Positions 58,477 to 64,000 of a stretch of 64,000 nt of DNA are shown piece after piece. This stretch comes from Nitrospinales bacterium (lineage in GTDB: Bacteria > Nitrospinota > Nitrospinia > Nitrospinales > VA-1): the NCBI GenBank assembly GCA_965223345.1, contig CBDCWG010000012.1:224001-288000 (forward strand), written 5' to 3'. The translations under genes were made by a program, and so were the position numbers. A model generated the notes under the pieces. The model saw nothing but the letters and a program-made list of their open reading frames with translations. It did no database searches and was not told where the DNA came from. The stretch's first letter is position 1; every line of letters starts with the position of its first letter.

Positions 58477-59691
58477 ATGAACCGGTCTCCTGTGCTGCTT
58501 TCGATCAAGATCATCATCGGCACCCTGCTGCTTTTCTGGATTTTGTCCGTCTCGAAGAAAGGCAATGCGGAGGAATTCGCCGTTCCCAACCAGGGATCGC
58601 CCTACATCGACATGCGGCAGGTCGAGACCGGTCAGATCGTGCACGTGCCGACCGGGGTGCGGGTGACCCAGGCGCAGATGATGGACATCCTCTCCAGCGC
58701 CCGCGTCATATATATCGGCGAGACGCACGACAACCTGGAAGCGCACCGGGTGCAGTTGGAGATCATCCGGGCGCTCGCCGAGAAGGGGCCGATCGCCGTG
58801 GGCATGGAGATGTTCCGCGTGGACGCCCAGGATGATCTGGACCGCTGGCACTGGGGTGAGCTGGACGCAGCCGGGTTCAAAAAACTGTTCGGCAGCAACT
58901 GGGGGCCGGGCTACCGGCTGTACCAGCCGATCTTCGATTTTCTCAGGCAGAAATCGATCCCGCTTCTGGGGCTGAAATCGTCGCGGGCGATGGAAGACCA
59001 GCTGCGCGGCAAAGGCAACGCGCCGCGGGCTCTGCCTGAGCTCGACACGTCGGATGCGTTTCACAACGCCTATTCGATGTCGGTTTTCGGCGGCCACGGC
59101 GATCATTCCGAGGCGCTGTCGAGACCCTACCAGATGCTGCTGTTATGGGAAGAGACGATGGCGGAAACGGTGGCGGCGTTCGTCGCCGACCCCGCGCACG
59201 CGCACCAGAAGCTGGTGGTGCTGGCGGGAGGCTTTCACGTGCAATACGGTTTCGGCGTCCCGAAACGCGCGTTCCGCAGGACGCCGCACGCCTATTCCAT
59301 CGTGCTGCCGACGGTCACGGAAATGCCGGTCGAACTGAAGGACCGGGAGATGACGGTGAAGCACGTCTCGATCCCGCTCTACATGGCGGATTTCGCCTGG
59401 AAGCTCGACTACCGCGTGCTGCCGGAAAACAAGATCAAGCTGGGTGTGCGTTTGAAGGAAGAGGAACAGGGCGTGAGCGTGACGCGGGTCAGCGACGCCT
59501 CCAACGCCAGCCGGGCGGGCATTCAGGTCGGCGACGTGCTGATCGCGATGAACGGCGAATCCATCGCCGGCGTGCACGATCTGGTGGATCGCCTCCAGAC
59601 CTTCAACGTGGGTGACAAGACGGTGTTTCTGCTCAAGCGGCAGGGACAGGACCTGGAGCTGGAAGTGCTTCTGCAGGGCGCTTCGCCGTAG
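58477..59691 (+). CDS. ChaN-family (EreA/TIKI-like) domain plus C-terminal PDZ protein
   Basis: YIGETHD...HRVQLEII, GMEMF, WEETMA, LAGGFHV; PDZ LGVRL...S.ASRAGIQVGDVL. Confidence 0.85.
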   Translation: MNRSPVLLSIKIIIGTLLLFWILSVSKKGNAEEFAVPNQGSPYIDMRQVETGQIVHVPTGVRVTQAQMMDILSSARVIYIGETHDNLEAHRVQLEIIRALAEKGPIAVGMEMFRVDAQDDLDRWHWGELDAAGFKKLFGSNWGPGYRLYQPIFDFLRQKSIPLLGLKSSRAMEDQLRGKGNAPRALPELDTSDAFHNAYSMSVFGGHGDHSEALSRPYQMLLLWEETMAETVAAFVADPAHAHQKLVVLAGGFHVQYGFGVPKRAFRRTPHAYSIVLPTVTEMPVELKDREMTVKHVSIPLYMADFAWKLDYRVLPENKIKLGVRLKEEEQGVSVTRVSDASNASRAGIQVGDVLIAMNGESIAGVHDLVDRLQTFNVGDKTVFLLKRQGQDLELEVLLQGASP

Positions 59692-59706
59692 CCCCCTCCG
59701 ACCGGG

Positions 59707-60480
59707 TCAGACCGCAGCGACGGTTTTCAACGAATCGATCAGCGACTGCATTTCGTTGTCGCCGGTCAGCTTGAGAAAAATTTCTTCCAGATCGCCGTGA
59801 TCGTTTTCCGCTTTGCGGCGCATTTCATCCAGCGTACCCGAAGCGATCACCCTGCCTTTTTGAATGATGCCCACCCGGTGGCACATCGCCTCGGCGATCC
59901 CCAAAGAATGGGTGGACATGAACACGGTGGTCTTCTCTTCCCGGCACAGATCCTGAAACAGGTTTTTCACCTGCCTCGCCCCGCGCGGGTCCAGCCCGAC
60001 CATGGGCTCGTCCACCACCACCACCTTGGGGTTGGGAATCAGCGCGCCGGAGATGATGAGCTTCTGCTTCATCCCGTGGGAAAACCCTTCGATCAGTTCG
60101 TTGCCGACTTCAAACAGGTCGAAAAACTCCAGAAACTTGTGCGCCCGCTCGCGGGCGGTGCGGCGGTCCATGCCGTGCAGGTCCGCCACGAATTCCAGAT
60201 ATTCCAGACCGGTGAGCTTTTCGTAGATATAGGGCCGATCGGGAATATAACCGATCATGGCTTTCGCGCGCACGGGGTCTTTGCGGATATCGACGCCGCC
60301 GATCTCGATCGATCCGCTGGTGGGCTTGAGCAGCCCCATCAGCATTTTGATGGTGGTGGTCTTGCCCGCGCCGTTGGGACCGAGAAAACCGAACAGCTGG
60401 CCGGTGGGGATTTCCAGGTTCAACCGGTCCACAGCCACCACCGAGGCGTATTTCTTCACGAGGTCTTTGATGACGATCAC
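59707..60480 (-). CDS. ABC transporter ATP-binding protein (ABC-2/CcmA-like)
   Basis: GPNGAGKTT, FSHGMKQK, VVVDEP.VGLDP, STH. Confidence 0.94.
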   Translation of the reverse strand: MIVIKDLVKKYASVVAVDRLNLEIPTGQLFGFLGPNGAGKTTTIKMLMGLLKPTSGSIEIGGVDIRKDPVRAKAMIGYIPDRPYIYEKLTGLEYLEFVADLHGMDRRTARERAHKFLEFFDLFEVGNELIEGFSHGMKQKLIISGALIPNPKVVVVDEPMVGLDPRGARQVKNLFQDLCREEKTTVFMSTHSLGIAEAMCHRVGIIQKGRVIASGTLDEMRRKAENDHGDLEEIFLKLTGDNEMQSLIDSLKTVAAV

Positions 60481-60498
60481 GATGCACTCCCTGGATGA

Positions 60499-60771
60499 TT
60501 AGCGTATCTCAAACGCGCGCAGCCCCTGCGGGGCGACGTGATTGCAATCGAGCGTGTCCACCCGGGCCGACGGCGGCCCTTCGCGGCACCATTCTTTGAA
60601 ACGGCGCAGCGCTTCGGGGGTTCCCTCCGCATGGATTTCCACAGCCCCGTCCGCATTGTTTTTGACCCAGCCGGTGAGCCCCAGCTCCCGGGCCTGGGTC
60701 TGTGCGCTGGCGCGATACCACACGCCTTGAACGCGGCCGCGCACGAACAGATGAACCGCTTCGGTTTCCAT
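60499..60771 (-). CDS. acyP: Acylphosphatase
   Basis: VRGRVQGVWYR, LTGWVKN..DG.VE, GPPSARV, FEIR. Confidence 0.95.
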   Translation of the reverse strand: METEAVHLFVRGRVQGVWYRASAQTQARELGLTGWVKNNADGAVEIHAEGTPEALRRFKEWCREGPPSARVDTLDCNHVAPQGLRAFEIR

Positions 60772-60773
60772 GG

Positions 60774-61022
60774 TCAGCCCTTGCGGTTCGCTTCCTCGAA
60801 CAGGTGCTGCACTTCCCGGTACACCTCGAACTTGGAGCCGTCGCCGATCTTCGCGCCGAACTTGCCCAGATCCCGCATGATGCGCTGAAACTCGGAGGTG
60901 CTGCCGGAAAAATTTTCGATCAGCGGCCGAAAATAGGCCTGCTCGTCGGCATCGAGCCGCTCGCAGATGGTCCGCAGACGAATTTTCAGGGGTTCGAAAT
61001 CTTTCTCCATAGGTATTTCCAT
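60774..61022 (-). CDS. Small hypothetical protein, about 80 aa
   Basis: Helical ORF ending 2 nt before acyP; start at 61022 or 61010. Confidence 0.65.
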   Translation of the reverse strand: MEIPMEKDFEPLKIRLRTICERLDADEQAYFRPLIENFSGSTSEFQRIMRDLGKFGAKIGDGSKFEVYREVQHLFEEANRKG

Positions 61023-61165
61023 ATTAACGGCGCTCTGGCCGGTTTGCAAGCCGCAGGCCCCTCATCCCACCCGTGTTGTTCAAATAGCAACCGGTTTTTC
61101 AACCTGTTTCGCCGGCAACGCGCCCGGCCGCCGGCACCCGGATAAAAGGGGTAAACGCTTTGAAT

Positions 61166-61184
61166 GCAATTACTTATCATTATC
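61166..61184. promoter_or_regulatory. Fur-box-like site in a divergent intergenic region
   Basis: Minus strand GATAATGATAAGTAATTGC matches 14 of 19 positions of GATAATGATAATCATTATC. Confidence 0.4.
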
Positions 61185-61316
61185 TGGAAAGTATATGTTA
61201 GAATAATAGCCATCCCCTTGAAATATAACTGTTAACAAAATTCACGCTTTTGACCGGGTCTCGGAATTTCTCCCCAGGGGATCGATCGGGGAATCGCCCG
61301 CCATTCACAATCGCTC

Positions 61317-63749
61317 ATGCTCGCTGCCGCTGAAAATTCAATCCAGGGAACCTTCGACCCCTGGTGGGTCGTTTTGTCCTACCTGGTGGCGGTCCTGGCT
61401 TCCTTCACGGCGCTGGATCTGGCCGGCCGCATCCGCGAACATTCGGGATGGGCGAAGGCGCTGTGGATCTCCGGCGGAGCCCTGACTTTAGGCGGCGGGG
61501 TGTGGTCGATGCATTTCATCGGCATGCTCGCCCTGAAACTGCCTGTGGATGTGCAGTACGATCCCGGGACCACTTTCCTCTCGTTTGCGTTCGTCGCCCT
61601 GTCCGCAGGGTGCGCGTTCATCATTTACACGGCGCTGCAAACCCTTTCGCTCAGGATCGGGCTGGGCAGCCTGCTGCTCGGGGGCGGCATTGCTGCGATG
61701 CACTACTCGGGCATGGCCGCGATGCGAATGGAGACGCAGTATCACCTGCCTCTGGCCGGTGGTTCCATTCTCATCGCCATCGCCGCTTCCGCCGCCGCTT
61801 TGTGGCTGTTTCACCTGTTCAACGAAAAAAACAGACAGATCCCGTTCCGGCACCGGGTGTTGACAGCCGCGATCATGGGCGTGGCGGTGGTGGGCATGCA
61901 TTACACCGGCATGGCGGCGGCGGATTTCTATCCGACCGGACCGACGCCGCAGGCTCCCAAAGAAACGCTGGATGCGCAAAAGCTCGCCGGCATCGTTTCC
62001 ATCGTGACGCTTTTCATCTTTGCGGTGAGCCTCGTCGTTTCCTATTTCAGCAAGAAATGGGTGCGGCTGGAAAAATCCAGGCATGGATTGAAACATTCGA
62101 TTGATCGCCGGGAAACGCTTCTGAAGGATGCGGAAGAGCTGTTTGCCAAGGGCAGCCTGGAACGGAGAAAAATCGAGCGCTCGCTGAGAGATTCGCGGGA
62201 GCGGGTGCGCTTCATCATGGACAACGTGATGGAAGGCATCATCACCATCGACGAAAACAGCATCATCGAATCGTTCAATCCCGCTGCGGGAAAAATCTTC
62301 GGCTACGACTCCTTCGAGCTTTTGGGTCAAAGCATCACCCAGCTCATGCCCGAGAGTTACCGGGACTCGCACCTGCAGGCGGTCGAGCGCTATCTGAAAA
62401 CCGGGACGGCCAAGATTCTGGGGTCGAGCGCCGAGGTGGAAGGATTGAGAAAGGACGGTTCGGTGTTTCCCCTGGAACTGTCACTGAGTAAAATCGATCG
62501 CAGCGGTTATCCCGTATTCATCGCAACGCTACGGGACATCACCGACCGCAAGCGAATGGAAGAAAGCCTGATCGAGGATAAAAAGTCCGCAGAAGAGGCC
62601 AATCGCGCCAAATCGGAGTTTCTGTCGCGCATGAGCCACGAGCTGCGCACCCCGATGAACGCCATCCTCGGCTTCGGCCAGCTGATGGAACTGGACACGG
62701 ACGAGCCGTTGACCGCCTCGCAGGAGGAACGGCTTAAAGAAATCCTCACAGCCGGGAACCATCTGCTCGAATTGATCAACGAAGTGCTGGACCTTTCGCG
62801 AATCGAATCGGGAAAGCTCACCCTCTCGATCGAGAATGTGGATCTGCTGGACGCGCTGGAGGAGACGCTCACACTGGTATTTCCGATGGCGGGCGAAAAA
62901 GGCGTAATCATTGAAAACAACCTGCGCGGCCGCCCTGTCGTGCGCGCCGACCGCACCAAATTAAAACAGGTGCTGCTCAACCTGCTGTCCAACGCGGTCA
63001 AGTACAACCGCGATGGCGGCCGCGTGACCCTGAATCAGCGAACGACGCCGGATGGAAACATCGGCATCGAAGTCCGCGACACCGGTTTCGGCATCTCACA
63101 AGAACAGCTGGAGGACATCTTCGAGCCCTTCAACCGGCTCGATGCGGAGAAAACCGATATCGAAGGCACCGGCATCGGGCTCACCATCACCCGCCGCTTG
63201 CTGGACCAGATGAACGGCGGCATCGAGGTCAACAGCACTCCGGGAGAAGGCAGCACCTTCATCCTGACGTTGCCTGAGGGAGAAGTGACCGCCCTGCCGG
63301 AGAATGCGGCGCCGGCGCATTCAGAAGGCTCGAACGGCGGCGGAGACACCCGGGTTCACAAGGTGCTCTACGTGGAGGACAACCCCGCCAATCTGTCGCT
63401 GATCGAACAGATCTTCAAGCTCCGAAAAGACATCACGCTTCTCAAAGCGCCGCAGGCGCAGATCGGCATCGACCTCGCGCGCGCCCACCGTCCGGATCTC
63501 ATCCTCATGGACATCAATTTGCCGGAAATGGACGGCATCGAAGCGTTCCGGCGCCTGCGCAGCCATGAAGAAACCCGGGACATCCCGGTGATCGCGGTCA
63601 GCGCCAACGCCATGGAATCGGACGTCAAAAAGACCCTGTCCGCGGGCTTTCGATCCTATATCAAGAAACCTTTCAACCTCCCCGCTTTTCTGGAGGAGGT
63701 GTACGGAATTTTAAAAACAGAAAAACCAACCCGTTTGCAAACATCATGA
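61317..63749 (+). CDS. Hybrid sensor histidine kinase, MHYT-PAS-HisKA-HATPase-REC
   Basis: MHFIGM/MHYSGM/MHYTGM; PAS (FNPAA..IFGY, RKDGS.FP, DIT); MSHELRTPMNAI; NLLSNAVKY; GTGIGL; LMDINLPEMDG. Confidence 0.95.
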   Translation: MLAAAENSIQGTFDPWWVVLSYLVAVLASFTALDLAGRIREHSGWAKALWISGGALTLGGGVWSMHFIGMLALKLPVDVQYDPGTTFLSFAFVALSAGCAFIIYTALQTLSLRIGLGSLLLGGGIAAMHYSGMAAMRMETQYHLPLAGGSILIAIAASAAALWLFHLFNEKNRQIPFRHRVLTAAIMGVAVVGMHYTGMAAADFYPTGPTPQAPKETLDAQKLAGIVSIVTLFIFAVSLVVSYFSKKWVRLEKSRHGLKHSIDRRETLLKDAEELFAKGSLERRKIERSLRDSRERVRFIMDNVMEGIITIDENSIIESFNPAAGKIFGYDSFELLGQSITQLMPESYRDSHLQAVERYLKTGTAKILGSSAEVEGLRKDGSVFPLELSLSKIDRSGYPVFIATLRDITDRKRMEESLIEDKKSAEEANRAKSEFLSRMSHELRTPMNAILGFGQLMELDTDEPLTASQEERLKEILTAGNHLLELINEVLDLSRIESGKLTLSIENVDLLDALEETLTLVFPMAGEKGVIIENNLRGRPVVRADRTKLKQVLLNLLSNAVKYNRDGGRVTLNQRTTPDGNIGIEVRDTGFGISQEQLEDIFEPFNRLDAEKTDIEGTGIGLTITRRLLDQMNGGIEVNSTPGEGSTFILTLPEGEVTALPENAAPAHSEGSNGGGDTRVHKVLYVEDNPANLSLIEQIFKLRKDITLLKAPQAQIGIDLARAHRPDLILMDINLPEMDGIEAFRRLRSHEETRDIPVIAVSANAMESDVKKTLSAGFRSYIKKPFNLPAFLEEVYGILKTEKPTRLQTS

Positions 63750-63765
63750 CCGACTGGAGGACACC

Positions 63766-64000
63766 ATGATTGAGGAAAACCAAATCCTGAATGCCAAAAT
63801 ACTGATCATCGACGATGAGAGCGCCAATATCATGCTGCTGGAACAGCTGCTCAAACAAAAAGGCTACCAGCATTACACCAGCATCAGCGATCCACGCAAA
63901 GCGACCCAAACCTATGAGCAGTTTTGTCCCGACCTGGTGCTCCTGGACATGAACATGCCCCACAAAGACGGGCTGACCCTGCTGAAGGAATTCAACGAGC
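63766..64000 (+). CDS. Response regulator (partial, runs off the window)
   Basis: MIEENQILNAKILIIDDE...PDLVLLDMNMPHKDG; GGAGG RBS. Confidence 0.92.
   Translation, partial: MIEENQILNAKILIIDDESANIMLLEQLLKQKGYQHYTSISDPRKATQTYEQFCPDLVLLDMNMPHKDGLTLLKEFNE

Overview
A 64 kb, GC-rich, gene-dense stretch of bacterial core chromosome with about 55 CDS. I found no rRNA, tRNA, CRISPR array, transposase, integrase or phage genes. A five-subunit 2-oxoacid:ferredoxin oxidoreductase operon of the reverse-TCA type, a Na+-translocating oxaloacetate decarboxylase and a Trk K+ system suggest a marine rTCA chemolithoautotroph such as Nitrospinota; this is an inference from gene content. The window holds purine genes (purH, purB, purC), dnaN, aroF, a divergent GlnD, orn, rnhA, pcm, rlmB, rpsU, hflKC-trkAH, oadABG and many envelope genes (pgeF, mtgA, M23, alpha-2-macroglobulin, mltA, M28, two AsmA-like proteins), and ends in an MHYT-PAS hybrid kinase with its response regulator. 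The best leads are: a stand-alone ArgZ-type arginine dihydrolase; oadA-B-G in non-canonical order behind a long structured leader with a terminator-like element; a GlnD with altered motifs; an orphan dnaN facing an SPL-like radical SAM gene; a histone H1-like protein; a mosaic of REP-like repeats at 18.6-19.0 kb; and a 59-aa ORF before purH that the ORF track missed. I found no single clearly novel multi-gene system. All family calls come from motif recognition, not database searches.
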